From contig OX638340.1 of the NCBI GenBank assembly GCA_951812955.1, positions 1,024,001 through 1,088,000 on the forward strand: DNA of 64,000 nucleotides, in the 5' to 3' direction. The position numbers and the translations under genes were made by a program. The DNA is from an uncultured Gemmatimonadota bacterium (lineage in GTDB: Bacteria > JAAXHH01). Below, one piece after another: positions 38,710 to 49,103 of the stretch. Numbering within the stretch: position 1 is the first letter of the stretch; each line of letters opens with the position of its first letter. The notes beneath the pieces were generated by a model, which saw only the letters and a list, made by a program, of their open reading frames with translations, had not been told where the DNA came from and made no database searches.

Positions 38710-40230
38710 TCACTCCGTTGGAAGGCGAGAGGAAGAGCGCCGACCTTGCTGATGCTGAAGGAGGCCCTCCCGGTCGGCTGCGGTCCAGGTACCGCCCAGC
38801 GCGCGATGGAGTGCCAGACGTGCGTAGCCCAGATCGCGCAATGCTGCCGAGTGTATCGATTGCGTGGCCAACCGGGACTGTTCAGCTGCCAGGAACGCTT
38901 CGTATTCCCCCACACCATACAGGTATTTTCGCTCCAGTAACGCGGATTGAGCCCGAGTTTCTTCGGTGAGGGAAACCAGCAGCGCGTGGCGCCTGCGGCT
39001 GGCTTCCAATGCCGTCAGGGCAATTTCAACCTCGTTAACCGCGGTTACCACGGCACGGCCGTATGCGGCCGCGGCCTCGTTCAACCTGGCCTCTGCCAGC
39101 GCGATGTTGCTTCGAATCCGGGAGCCCTGGAAAACGGGACCGAGCAGATTCGCAGTGAGGTTTCGGAACCATTGATCCGGATCGAACCATTCGCTTGAAT
39201 CCGTGCTCTGAAGTCCGATCGCGCCCTGCAGAGACAGCCTCGGAAGCAGGTCCGCCCGTCGCGCGCCCACCGAGAACCGTGCCGCCTCCACGCGCTGCAT
39301 GGCCGCAAGGACGTCGGGACGTTGGACCATGAGATCGGCAGGAATGCCGGCGGGAACGGGATCGAGTACGGGAGATGGAGCGGGCGCATCGGAGAGCAAG
39401 TGCGCCAGGTCGGCCCGGAAGCCACCCATGAGTATCCACAGCCGACCCTCGGCGTCCGCCCGCAGGGCTTCGATCCGCGGCAATTCCGCCTGGGCCTCAC
39501 GCAGACTTCGACGGGCGGCGTGCAGGCCGACCAGGTCGGCTAACCCGCTTTCATACCGGGACCCGGCCAGTGATTCCTGTTGTTCCAGGATCGCCACGAT
39601 TTCAAAGGCGAACCGCTGCTGCTGGCGCAGATTCACGATTTCCAGGTAGGTCCGTACGGTCTCCGCCAGCACGCCCAGGTTTGCACTCAGATAGTCCGCC
39701 TCCGTAGCCACCAACTCGGCAGCCGCGGCGCGCGTGTCGTTGCGGTTGCGGCCCCAGAAATCCAGCTCGTAGGCGAATTCAACGCTCAGGGCATAGGTCG
39801 TCAGTCCGAGCCTGTCCGGGATATCCACTCCGGCCGCGCCGAGTACGTCAGGATCCAGACCGACCTCTTCCAGTTGCGCTCCTATGCCGGCATTCGTCGG
39901 ACCGTCGGATTCGCTCACGTTCACCGTCGGCCGCAGCAACGGAAACACCGCCGACCCGGCTATGCCTTTCCGCATCCTGGCCTGATGAACTCTGGCGACC
40001 GCTCCGGCCAGGTCGAAATTAGAAGAAAGCACTTCTTCGATTACCCGGTCGAGGACCGGATCTTCGAATGACTTCCACCACTCCAGGGGTCGGTATACGC
40101 CGGAATCCTCGCTGGCAGTAAATGCGCCGGGTGTTTCCGGCACCGATTCGAGCACCGGTAGATTCCGGTTCGGAGCAAGGGAACATGCCGAGAGGAAAAG
40201 GAAAGCAAACAACGGTATTAATCGTCCCAT
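38710..40230 (-). CDS. outer-membrane efflux protein (TolC/NodT-family lipoprotein)
   Basis: 506 aa; lipobox LFLSACS; duplicated OEP repeats. Confidence 0.8.
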   Translation of the reverse strand: MGRLIPLFAFLFLSACSLAPNRNLPVLESVPETPGAFTASEDSGVYRPLEWWKSFEDPVLDRVIEEVLSSNFDLAGAVARVHQARMRKGIAGSAVFPLLRPTVNVSESDGPTNAGIGAQLEEVGLDPDVLGAAGVDIPDRLGLTTYALSVEFAYELDFWGRNRNDTRAAAAELVATEADYLSANLGVLAETVRTYLEIVNLRQQQRFAFEIVAILEQQESLAGSRYESGLADLVGLHAARRSLREAQAELPRIEALRADAEGRLWILMGGFRADLAHLLSDAPAPSPVLDPVPAGIPADLMVQRPDVLAAMQRVEAARFSVGARRADLLPRLSLQGAIGLQSTDSSEWFDPDQWFRNLTANLLGPVFQGSRIRSNIALAEARLNEAAAAYGRAVVTAVNEVEIALTALEASRRRHALLVSLTEETRAQSALLERKYLYGVGEYEAFLAAEQSRLATQSIHSAALRDLGYARLALHRALGGTWTAADREGLLQHQQGRRSSSRLPTE

Positions 40231-40457
40231 GATACAACTCCAGGATCGGTGCCGTATTCACCTGCCCCGTCCCTTTGAATCCCATCATCCGGTGGAGAAC
40301 GGGTCTCGTGGAAATCAGGGAACGTATGTCAGATTCCTATATATTACATTATGTTACATTCTTAAAAGGGTCAAGTTTCAAATGGCGTACACCAGGGGCT
40401 TGTATTACCGCCAGCGCCGTCGGAGAAACGGGTCTGAATGACAAGGACAGACGGGTA

Positions 40458-40486
40458 TTGACAAATGCATGCGCAACCGCTAACAT
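40458..40486 (+). promoter_or_regulatory. sigma70-like promoter TTGACA-N17-TAACAT for ECF ATPase operon
   Basis: TTGACA 40458-40463, 17-nt spacer, TAACAT 40481-40486; overlaps annotated ATG 40465. Confidence 0.4.
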
Positions 40487-42234
40487 CCCCGCGGTCTCCA
40501 TCCACTGCCGGAGAGAGTAAAACCCTCCATGCATCAAGTCCATTGAATCAGCCGATCCTCTCGCTCAGCGACCTCGCGTTCACCTACCGCGGCGCCTCGA
40601 AACCGGCGCTCGACCAGATCAGCTACGTTCATCGACGCGGCGAGTTTTCCGTCATCGTCGGCGAGACCGGCGCGGGCAAATCCACCCTGTGCCGATGCCT
40701 CAACGGACTTATCCCGTCCTTCATAAAAGGCAGGCTAGACGGCAGCCTGCAGGTAGCCGGCGGACCGGAGTCCGGCCATCCCCAGGTCTACGAACTGGCC
40801 CGGATAGTCGGCCTGGTCTTCCAGGACTTCGAGGCGCAGCTGTTCTCCACCAACGTGGAGCTGGAAACGGCTTTCGTCCTCGAGAACTTCGCCGTGAACC
40901 GCGACCGGATGCGGACCCGCGTCGAACAGGCCCTGCGCCGGGTGGGTCTGGCGGGCTTCGAACAACGGGATCCCTCCAGCCTGTCGGGCGGCGAGAAACA
41001 GCGGCTGGCCATCGCGTCGGTTCTCGCGGGCAGCCCAGCGCTGGTCGTTATGGATGAACCGACGACCGACCTGGATCCGGTGGGCAAAAGAGACATCTTC
41101 CGGCTTGCCCAGGTTCTGCGGAATGAAATCGAGGGGATCATACTGGTCGAGCACGAGACCGAGCACGTCCTGAGCGCGGACAGGATCCTGCTGATGCACG
41201 AAGGGCGCGTCGTCCTCGAGGGACCGCCCGGCGAGATCCTGGCTGATCCCCGGCGCGTGGAACGGCATGGCGTCCGTCCGCTCCAGACCACCGTGCTCCT
41301 GTCCATGCTGGGCCTTGAAACCGATGCTTTGACCATCCCGGACGCAGTATCCCGTATCAATACGGCCGGGTGGCGCGTCAAGGACGACGCCCAGGAGAGC
41401 CTGAATCGCGCTCGGCAACGAGTAACGGGCGAGCCGGTCGTTCAAATCGAGAACCTTGTTTTCAAATACGGGGAATCACCGCCGGCCGTGGACGGCGTAT
41501 CATTGGAAATCAGGGCGGGTGAATTCGTTGCGCTGGTCGGACAGAACGGTTGCGGTAAGACGACGCTCGCCAAACATCTCAACGGACTCCACGGTCCTAC
41601 GGCCGGCGAGGTCGTGGTCCTGGGCAAATCCACCACCGATTGGACCTTGCCCGAGCTGGGACGCCGCGTGGGCTACGTATTCCAGAATCCCGATCACCAG
41701 ATTTTCGCCAACACCGTGCGGGATGAAGTCGCCTTTGGCGCTCGTAACTACGGATTTTCGGAAGAGACGGTCAGGGTGAAGGTGGACACGGCCCTGGCAG
41801 AAACCGGCCTGTCCGGCCGCGATCTCGAAGACCCTTTCAACCTGACCCGGGGTGAACGGCAGCAACTTGCCGTGGCTTCGGTGCTGGTCACGGATCCCGA
41901 GATCCTGGTCCTGGATGAACCGACGACCGGGCTGGACTACCACGGGCAGGACGCCATTCTTAACCTGATACGGCGGCTCAATGAATCCGGCAGGACCGTG
42001 GTCATCATCACCCATTCCATGTGGGTCGTCGCCGAGTATGCCGACCGCTGCGTCATCATGTCGGGCGGCCGCGTCGTCCAGGATGGAGACGTCCGGTCGT
42101 GTTTCAGAAATCCCGAACTGCTCGAATCGCTTTACCTGGAAGCGCCCGAGGCCGTGCGCCTCGGGTATGAATTCGGACTCGTGGCACGCTCCGCCAGGGA
42201 GATCGCGGACTGCCTCGAGCGCCCGGATGGTTAA
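40465..42234 (+). CDS. ECF transporter fused ATPase (EcfA1-EcfA2, two ABC domains)
   Basis: 589 aa; two Walker A (GETGAGKST, GQNGCGKTT), two LSGGE signature motifs; annotated ATG overlaps a promoter-like element, real start may be TTG at 40546. Confidence 0.8.
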   Translation: MHAQPLTSPRSPSTAGESKTLHASSPLNQPILSLSDLAFTYRGASKPALDQISYVHRRGEFSVIVGETGAGKSTLCRCLNGLIPSFIKGRLDGSLQVAGGPESGHPQVYELARIVGLVFQDFEAQLFSTNVELETAFVLENFAVNRDRMRTRVEQALRRVGLAGFEQRDPSSLSGGEKQRLAIASVLAGSPALVVMDEPTTDLDPVGKRDIFRLAQVLRNEIEGIILVEHETEHVLSADRILLMHEGRVVLEGPPGEILADPRRVERHGVRPLQTTVLLSMLGLETDALTIPDAVSRINTAGWRVKDDAQESLNRARQRVTGEPVVQIENLVFKYGESPPAVDGVSLEIRAGEFVALVGQNGCGKTTLAKHLNGLHGPTAGEVVVLGKSTTDWTLPELGRRVGYVFQNPDHQIFANTVRDEVAFGARNYGFSEETVRVKVDTALAETGLSGRDLEDPFNLTRGERQQLAVASVLVTDPEILVLDEPTTGLDYHGQDAILNLIRRLNESGRTVVIITHSMWVVAEYADRCVIMSGGRVVQDGDVRSCFRNPELLESLYLEAPEAVRLGYEFGLVARSAREIADCLERPDG

Positions 42235-42329
42235 GCGCTGACCGAAAAGGACTGCGGCAGGCCAGTCGGAACGGCTGTCGAACCACGGCGGATCGTTCGG
42301 ATCGCCGTTCTGGATCAATCGGACCGCAT

Positions 42330-43085
42330 ATGGTACTGTACATACCTTCGGATACCCTGTTGCACCGGCTCCATCCCTCGACCAAAATCGTGGGCCTGGC
42401 GCTGTTGCTGATCCTCACGGTGGCGTTCCAGTCGCCCTGGTACCAGTTGGCTATCCTGTCCGGTGTGCTGTTTCTGGCATGGGCGTCCGGTGCGTTCAGA
42501 AACCTCCGGCGGATTCTTCCGCTCATGATCACCGTGCTGGTATTCAGCGTCGTCTCCTGGTCGCTGTTCAGACGCGTCGGAGAACCGTTCTGGGCCTTTG
42601 GTCCGTTTACCCTCTCCGTGGAGTCCATCCGGTTCGGGTTCGCCATGGGGCTGCGACTCGAGGCCATGCTCGTCTCCGGCATGATCTTCGTATCCTGCAC
42701 GAAAGTGGAGGAGTTCGCCTACGGCTTAAGGTCCATCGGGCTGCCTTTCGCCGTGAGTTTCGCGCTGTCTCTTGCATTTCGGCTCGTCCCCCTGTTTTTT
42801 ACCCGTATAGGCACGGTCGTCCAGGCCCAGCAGGCAAGGGGACTCGATCTCAAGAGCGGAAACGTACTGCAGCGGGCCCGCAAGTACGTGCCGCTGCTGG
42901 TGCCGATTTTCGTCTATGCGATCCGGGATACCGACCTGCTGTCCATGGCGCTCGAATCAAGGGGCTTCGGGATGCGGGGCAAGAGAACGGAATTCCTTTC
43001 TTTTCCCTTCCTCTGGCGCGATTATGCCATATTGGGCACACTGCTGATCCTGAACCTTGCGGGCTGGCTGATTCAAGTTCCGTGA
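42330..43085 (+). CDS. ecfT: ECF transporter transmembrane component EcfT (CbiQ family)
   Basis: 251 aa polytopic; conserved EcfT C-terminal ARxxR-type region (AQQARGLD). Confidence 0.75.
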   Translation: MVLYIPSDTLLHRLHPSTKIVGLALLLILTVAFQSPWYQLAILSGVLFLAWASGAFRNLRRILPLMITVLVFSVVSWSLFRRVGEPFWAFGPFTLSVESIRFGFAMGLRLEAMLVSGMIFVSCTKVEEFAYGLRSIGLPFAVSFALSLAFRLVPLFFTRIGTVVQAQQARGLDLKSGNVLQRARKYVPLLVPIFVYAIRDTDLLSMALESRGFGMRGKRTEFLSFPFLWRDYAILGTLLILNLAGWLIQVP

Positions 43086-43121
43086 GCGATCCATCGCGAG
43101 AAGCTACCGGAAAGGAAAACG

Positions 43122-44240
43122 ATGGACAGACGATACAGGGCAGGGGTTATCGGGCGCACCGGCAAGGGTAATTACGGCCATGGCCTGGATACGGTCTACC
43201 TCGGCATGGAACACGTAGACATCATCGCCGTGGCCGACGACGATCCGGATGGCCTGCGGGACGCGGGCCGTCGGCTGGGCGTGCAGAACCTGTACACCGA
43301 CTACAGGGAGATGCTGCGAAACGAGTGGTTCGACATCGTCAGCATCTGTCCCCGATGGCTCGACCAACACGCCGCAATGACCCTGGCCGTCGCGGAAGCG
43401 GGCGCGAGCATCTTCCTCGAAAAGCCCATCGCCCGAACGCTGTCCGAAGCTGACGCCATGATAGAAGCCTGCGAGAAGGCGGGTGTGGTGATGGGCATCG
43501 CCCACCAGGGCCGCATGCACGCGGCCGCGTGGCGTGCCCGGCAATTACTCGCCGAAGGCGCAATCGGAGACATTCTCCACGTACGGATGAATGGCAAGGA
43601 GGACCATCGCGGTGGCGGGGAGGACCTCATGGTGCTGGGTACCCACCTTTTCGACATGCTCCGGTTTCTCCTGGGCAGAAACCCCGCCTGGGTGCAGGCG
43701 GCGGTAACCGTGGACGGCGGCCGTTCCGCGACCCTGGAGGACGCCGGGGAGGGTCCGGAAGAACTGGGACTGATCGCGGGAGACGCCATCCACGCGATGT
43801 ACGGTTTCGGGCACGGTGTGACGGCCACTTTCGAAACGCGCCGCAACCAATCGAGCCATCCTCAACGGTACGGCATGTGGGTTTTCGGGTCGGAGGGCAT
43901 CATGACCGTCCACGAGTCCTCCCAGCAGATCCGGATTTATGAATCCCCGGTCTGGCATCCGGATGAAGGCGCGGCCATTCGCGACGTCACCGCGGAAACT
44001 CTCGAACTCGCGCCTTCTGCGCAGCCCTCCATGGGCGCGCTCCAGGCGGCGGCCAATGTCGCCATCGTCCGCGACGTGTTCGAGGCGGTACGGGATGGAC
44101 GCAGGCCGGTAAACAGCGGTTATGACGGGCGCTGGGCACTGGAAATGATACACGGCGTCTACGCCGCCCACCTGACGGGAAGCCGAATCGCCCTGCCGCT
44201 GGAAAACCGGGACCACCCGCTGTTGCCGAACCTCATCTAG
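43122..44240 (+). CDS. Gfo/Idh/MocA family oxidoreductase
   Basis: 372 aa; Rossmann YRAGVIGRTGKGNYG, EKP. Confidence 0.8.
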   Translation: MDRRYRAGVIGRTGKGNYGHGLDTVYLGMEHVDIIAVADDDPDGLRDAGRRLGVQNLYTDYREMLRNEWFDIVSICPRWLDQHAAMTLAVAEAGASIFLEKPIARTLSEADAMIEACEKAGVVMGIAHQGRMHAAAWRARQLLAEGAIGDILHVRMNGKEDHRGGGEDLMVLGTHLFDMLRFLLGRNPAWVQAAVTVDGGRSATLEDAGEGPEELGLIAGDAIHAMYGFGHGVTATFETRRNQSSHPQRYGMWVFGSEGIMTVHESSQQIRIYESPVWHPDEGAAIRDVTAETLELAPSAQPSMGALQAAANVAIVRDVFEAVRDGRRPVNSGYDGRWALEMIHGVYAAHLTGSRIALPLENRDHPLLPNLI

Positions 44241-44264
44241 GCAGGCCTCCGTGCAGGATTCACC

Positions 44265-45461
44265 ATGAAGATCACCCGTATCCGAATCACGCCGGTCAAG
44301 ACACCCGGTCCGGAATCACGCCCTTTCGTCATCCATTCCATCAATCCGATCTACCATTACCCCGACCTCAAATACGACGCACCGCCGGAAACCAGGCCGA
44401 AGCAGCCAGACGGCCCCGGATCGCTCGTCATCGAAATCGAAACGGACGAGGGCGTGACCGGCGTCTCGCAGAAGGGCTATGGCCTGCCCGGCGTATATTC
44501 CGTCCTGGAAAATGTCCTCGCTCCCCTGCTGATCGGAGAGGACCCCATGCGCACGGACTGGCTGTGGGAAAAAATGCACCGGTACTGCATATCCCAGGCG
44601 CGGGAAGGGATTACCAGCAGCGCCATCAGCGCCGTCGATACAGCCCTTTGGGACCTGAAGGGGCGGTATCTGAACCAGCCGGTATACAACCTGCTCGGAG
44701 GGAAGACGAAAGACCGCCTGCGCGCTTACGCGAGCCGGCTGTACGTATACGCCAGCGACCGGGGCGACCCGGACCTGGGACTCCTGAGGGAAGAGGCGTC
44801 GATGTACGTTGAACAGGGCTTTACGGCCGTGAAACAACGGTTCGGATTCAATCAGGACGACGGCGTGGAAGGCATGCGCAAGAACCGGCGCGTAGTCGAG
44901 GCACTTCGCGAAACAATCGGGGCGGACGTCGAACAGATGGTGGACTGCTGCCGTTCCTTCACTGCCGATTACGCGATCAGGATGATCCGCATGGTAGAGG
45001 AATTCGACCTCGCCTGGGTGGAAGAACCGGTCCATCCCCACGACTGGCCCGGTTACGTGAAGGTACGGCAGGCCGTGTCCATGCCGATATCGGGAGGAGA
45101 AAACGAGTTCGGCAAGCACGCCTTCGCACGGTGGCTCGAGATGGGTTGCGCCGACATCTGGCAGCCCGACACGGACCGTTGCGCGGGCATAACGGAGGTA
45201 CAGAAAATAGTCCATCTTGCCGCGGCGAACGATATCCCGGTCATCGCGCACGGCGGGTGGATGGCCAACTTCCACCTCGCCATGGCCAACATGAACATGC
45301 CCATGATCGAGTATTTCCCGGACCACAACCTGGATCCGGAAACGCAGATTCTCACCGGACAACCCCGTCCCGAGGACGGATACATCACGCTATCCGATGC
45401 GCCGGGCCTGGGATTGGAACTGAACAGGGACGCGCTGAATCGATTTACCTGGAACGGGTGA
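44265..45461 (+). CDS. enolase-superfamily sugar-acid dehydratase (mandelate racemase subgroup, L-rhamnonate dehydratase-like)
   Basis: 398 aa; MKITRIRITPV, metal ligand blocks (VDCCRSF, VEEPVHP, ISGGENE). Confidence 0.8.
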   Translation: MKITRIRITPVKTPGPESRPFVIHSINPIYHYPDLKYDAPPETRPKQPDGPGSLVIEIETDEGVTGVSQKGYGLPGVYSVLENVLAPLLIGEDPMRTDWLWEKMHRYCISQAREGITSSAISAVDTALWDLKGRYLNQPVYNLLGGKTKDRLRAYASRLYVYASDRGDPDLGLLREEASMYVEQGFTAVKQRFGFNQDDGVEGMRKNRRVVEALRETIGADVEQMVDCCRSFTADYAIRMIRMVEEFDLAWVEEPVHPHDWPGYVKVRQAVSMPISGGENEFGKHAFARWLEMGCADIWQPDTDRCAGITEVQKIVHLAAANDIPVIAHGGWMANFHLAMANMNMPMIEYFPDHNLDPETQILTGQPRPEDGYITLSDAPGLGLELNRDALNRFTWNG

Positions 45462-47128
45462 TGGATGGGATCGGTATCACAGAAGGGATCAGCATGACTG
45501 AGCATCCGAGACAAAGTCCACTCGCTTCGGACGGTCTATCCGGTGCATCCTGCCGCGACGCGCTGGGCCGCATCGGCCTGCCGGAGTCGGTATCGTCGCT
45601 CGCGAATCGCACGTGGGACGTGATCGTGGTGGGCGCCGGTCACAACGGCCTGACCTGCGCGGCCTACCTGGCCCGCGCGGGCAAGCGGGTGCTGGTCCTG
45701 GAAGCGCGCGAACGTGTGGGAGGCGCCTGCACGCTCGAGGAAACCTGGCCGGGATACCGCATGTCACCCTGCGCCTACCTCGCAGGCCTGCTGCACCCGC
45801 TGGTGATCGACGAACTTGAACTCGCCCGGTATGGCTATCGCTGGACGCCGGCGGCGGCGGGCATGTTCGTCCCCTTCGAGGATGGATCGAGCGTCCAATT
45901 GTGGGAGGACGACGAACGCTGCCGGGAAGAGATCCGCCGCCTTTCGCCACGCGACGTGGAAGGCTTCGAAGCCATGTACGCGCCGATGAAACGCATACGC
46001 GAGGCCCTGCGTCCGCCTGGAAAAGACGATATATGGATCGGGCGCGCGCCGACCCGGGAGCAGATCGAAACGCGTCTTCGAGGTGACCGGGAAGCGATCG
46101 ATCTGCTCTTTGAATGGTCCATGGTCGAGTACGTCGAGCGGTACCTCGAAGACGAAAGGCTGCGCATGGCGTTGATCGGCCAGGGTGTGATCGGGACGAA
46201 CGCCAGCCCCTTCGAACCAGGAACCGCATCGGTACACGTTTTTCACTCCACGGGAACCATGGGAGGCATGCCTGGCATGTGGGGGTACGTGGAAGGCGGC
46301 ATGGGCATGGTGTCGTTTATATTGTGCGACATTGCCCGGGACGCGGGGGCCGTGGTTGCCGCGGGCGTGCCCGTCGGCCGCATTCTGCCGGGTGAGGGGG
46401 TGGAATTGGAGGGCGGCGAACGCCTCCGCGCGCCCGCCGTCGTGTCGAACGCCGATCCCAGGGTGACGTCGTGCCTTCTGGGAGACCAGGCCGATGTGAC
46501 CTGGAAGGCCCGTGTGGAATCCATACCCCAGACCGGTGCGACCGTCAAGATCAACTTGGGCCTGAGCGAGTTGCCGGACTTTACCAGCAGGCCTGGCACG
46601 GACGAAGATCATCACCGCGGGCAGGTAAATATCCCCTTGACTGCGCAACAGTGGCATGCGAATCACGCTTTGGCGGGGGAGGGTCGGCTGCCCCCGCGCC
46701 TATGGGAAGAACTGTACTTTCACACCGCCCACGACGGCAGCGTGGCGCCACCCGGCCGTCAAACCATGAGCATATTCGCCCAGTTCGTTCCTTACGAATT
46801 CGCGGTGGGCGACTGGGATACCCGGCGGGACGAAGTGGGCAGGCTGGCGCTGGACTCGCTCGGTCGCTTCTGCAGCAACATTCCCGACGCCGTACTGTAC
46901 ATGGACGTCATGGGTCCGCCGGACATCGAGAAGAAGGTGGGGCTGACCGGAGGCCATATCTTCCAGGGCGAGATACTTCCTGCCTACATGTGGGAAAGAC
47001 GGCTCGAGCCCCGAACCCCTATGCCCGGGGTCTATCTCTGTGGGGCGTGCACCCATCCGGGGGGCAGCGTAATCGCCATCAACGGACGAAACGCCGCGAT
47101 GGAAGTGCTGGGGATGTACGAAGGTTAG
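45461..47128 (+). CDS. NAD(P)/FAD-dependent oxidoreductase (phytoene-desaturase/COG1233 family)
   Basis: Start MDGIGITEG overlapping upstream stop (TGATG); DVIVVGAGHNGLTCAAYLARAGKRVLVLEARERVGG. Confidence 0.7.
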   Translation: MDGIGITEGISMTEHPRQSPLASDGLSGASCRDALGRIGLPESVSSLANRTWDVIVVGAGHNGLTCAAYLARAGKRVLVLEARERVGGACTLEETWPGYRMSPCAYLAGLLHPLVIDELELARYGYRWTPAAAGMFVPFEDGSSVQLWEDDERCREEIRRLSPRDVEGFEAMYAPMKRIREALRPPGKDDIWIGRAPTREQIETRLRGDREAIDLLFEWSMVEYVERYLEDERLRMALIGQGVIGTNASPFEPGTASVHVFHSTGTMGGMPGMWGYVEGGMGMVSFILCDIARDAGAVVAAGVPVGRILPGEGVELEGGERLRAPAVVSNADPRVTSCLLGDQADVTWKARVESIPQTGATVKINLGLSELPDFTSRPGTDEDHHRGQVNIPLTAQQWHANHALAGEGRLPPRLWEELYFHTAHDGSVAPPGRQTMSIFAQFVPYEFAVGDWDTRRDEVGRLALDSLGRFCSNIPDAVLYMDVMGPPDIEKKVGLTGGHIFQGEILPAYMWERRLEPRTPMPGVYLCGACTHPGGSVIAINGRNAAMEVLGMYEG

Positions 47129-47156
47129 GTAACGGGATCAGTAGGCCTGGGCGTAA

Positions 47157-48584
47157 TCAGTAGGCCTGGGCGTAGGCGACCATGCGCTCCGAAGGACCAC
47201 CGCAATACGCGCAGGCACCCGTAACGGCATCCCAGTGCATGGGGACGCACCGGATCGTGTTCCGGGTCTCCTCTTTAATCGCGGCTTCGCAAGCCGGATC
47301 GCCGCACCAGTGGGCATGGATGAATCCGCCGTCGCCGTTCGCGGCTGTCACAAATGAATCGCGTTCCTGGATCTCCTGGGAACGTGATTCGCGGAAAGTC
47401 AGGGCGCGCTGGAACATGTCCCGCTGCACCGTCTGCAGCAAGTCTCCGACCCGGCCTCCCAGAGACTCGAGGGGTACAAACTCCTTCTCGCCCGTGTCCC
47501 TGCGTACGACTACGGCCTGGCCGGACGCGATATCACGCGGACCGAGTTCCACGCGCAGCGGAACGCCCTTCGTTTCCCACTCGGTGAACTTCCAGCCCAG
47601 GCCGAACTGCTCGCGGTCGTCGACCTTCACCCGCACGCCTTCCAGCGTTTCGAGCAGCCGGTCGACGGCTTCCCGGACGACGGCCTGCTCCTCGTCGGAT
47701 TTCGCGATGGGAATGACCACGACCTGGTGAGGCGCCAGGCGGGGCGGCAGCACCAGCCCCCTGTCGTCGCCATGGGCCATGATGATCGCGCCGACGGTCC
47801 GGGTGCTCATCCCCCAACTCGTCTGGTACACGTACTCTCGCGAACCGTCCCGCGTCTGAAAATCGATATTGAAGGCGCGGGAGAAGTTCTGCCCCAGGTT
47901 GTGCGACGTGCCCATCTGAAGGGCCTTGCCATCCTTCATCATGCCTTCGATGGCGTAGGTCTGCAGCGCGCCTGGGAATTTCTCGGCGTCTGTTTTCGGA
48001 CCGTATAGCACCGGAATCGCCATGTAGTCTTCGGCGAAGGTGCGGTATATGTCCAGGATGCGCAGGGTTTCCTCTTCTGCCTCTTCCGCCGTGGCGTGTG
48101 CCGTGTGTCCTTCCTGCCAGAGGAATTCCGTCGTGCGCAGGAAGGCCCTGGGACGGAGTTCCCACCGGAAGACGTTGGCCCACTGGTTGATGAGCAGGGG
48201 CAGGTCGCGATAGGACTGGATCCACCTGGCGTACATGTCCGCTATGATGGTCTCTGAAGTCGGGCGGACCATGAGGTTTTCTTCGAGCTTCTTGCCCCCG
48301 CCGTGCGTAACCACGGCGCATTCGGGAGAAAACCCCTCCACGTGTTCGGCTTCTTTCTGGAAGAAACTGTCGGGGATCAACAGAGGGAAATAGGCGTTCA
48401 CGTGACCGGTGTCCTTGAACATCCGGTCCAGTTCCGCCACCATGTTTTCCCAAAGTGCGAATCCGTATGGCCGGATGACCATGCAGCCGCGGGTCGGCGC
48501 GTTGTCGGCCAGTTCGGCTTTCGCGATCACTTCATTGTACCAGGCTGAGAAATCGTCCGCCTGCGCGGTCAACTTTTTTGCCAT
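47157..48584 (-). CDS. proS: proline--tRNA ligase (archaeal/eukaryote-like class II ProRS with C-terminal zinc-binding domain)
   Basis: 475 aa; class II aaRS motifs, C-terminal HWCGDPACE...CAYCG. Confidence 0.9.
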   Translation of the reverse strand: MAKKLTAQADDFSAWYNEVIAKAELADNAPTRGCMVIRPYGFALWENMVAELDRMFKDTGHVNAYFPLLIPDSFFQKEAEHVEGFSPECAVVTHGGGKKLEENLMVRPTSETIIADMYARWIQSYRDLPLLINQWANVFRWELRPRAFLRTTEFLWQEGHTAHATAEEAEEETLRILDIYRTFAEDYMAIPVLYGPKTDAEKFPGALQTYAIEGMMKDGKALQMGTSHNLGQNFSRAFNIDFQTRDGSREYVYQTSWGMSTRTVGAIIMAHGDDRGLVLPPRLAPHQVVVIPIAKSDEEQAVVREAVDRLLETLEGVRVKVDDREQFGLGWKFTEWETKGVPLRVELGPRDIASGQAVVVRRDTGEKEFVPLESLGGRVGDLLQTVQRDMFQRALTFRESRSQEIQERDSFVTAANGDGGFIHAHWCGDPACEAAIKEETRNTIRCVPMHWDAVTGACAYCGGPSERMVAYAQAY

Positions 48585-48692
48585 TTTTCCGCTCCGGTAT
48601 CCTTGAGCTGTCTTACGTTACACGCTGTAACCCGCACCGCGCCGCACCACCACCTATAACCCGGTTCGTCACGATCCGCCGGGACGGCAAGT

Positions 48693-49103
48693 CTACCCCG
48701 ATTCCACCTTTTCGTCCGAGGTCATCGCGAGATAGAACCGCCCGATCTCCACTTCGAAATTCCGGCCGTCCGCATCCTGCATTTCATATTCGCCTTCCAT
48801 GGTGCCCCACTCCGTGTCCAGGGGGCAAAGGCTCTGGTATTCGTGGCTTTCCCCCGGTTCGAACTCGGGCTGCAACCCCACAACGCCCGGGCCTCTGATT
48901 TCGCTGCGTTTTCCGTCGGCATTGATGATGACCCAGTGACGGTTGATCAGTTTCACCCACTGCTCGCTGCCATTGGTGATGACGATACGGTACGCGAACA
49001 CATACTGGTCCCGCCCGGGATCGGAATGGTCGGGAAGGTAGCCAGGATAAACCTGGACACGTATACCATGGGTGATCGTGTCGGAATCCAGTGGTGTCGC
49101 CAT
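48693..49103 (-). CDS. apaG: ApaG domain protein
   Basis: Start MATPLDS; ApaG pattern GIRVQVYPGYLPDHSDPGRDQYVFAYRIVITN. Confidence 0.7.
   Translation of the reverse strand: MATPLDSDTITHGIRVQVYPGYLPDHSDPGRDQYVFAYRIVITNGSEQWVKLINRHWVIINADGKRSEIRGPGVVGLQPEFEPGESHEYQSLCPLDTEWGTMEGEYEMQDADGRNFEVEIGRFYLAMTSDEKVESG

Noticed and set aside
45131-45460. 5' extension of the FAD-oxidoreductase ORF (start at 45131)
   Set aside because: Extension overlaps the last 330 nt of the enolase-family gene and is Arg/His/Gly-rich junk; Met at 45461 gives TGATG coupling and a clean Rossmann N-terminus shortly after.
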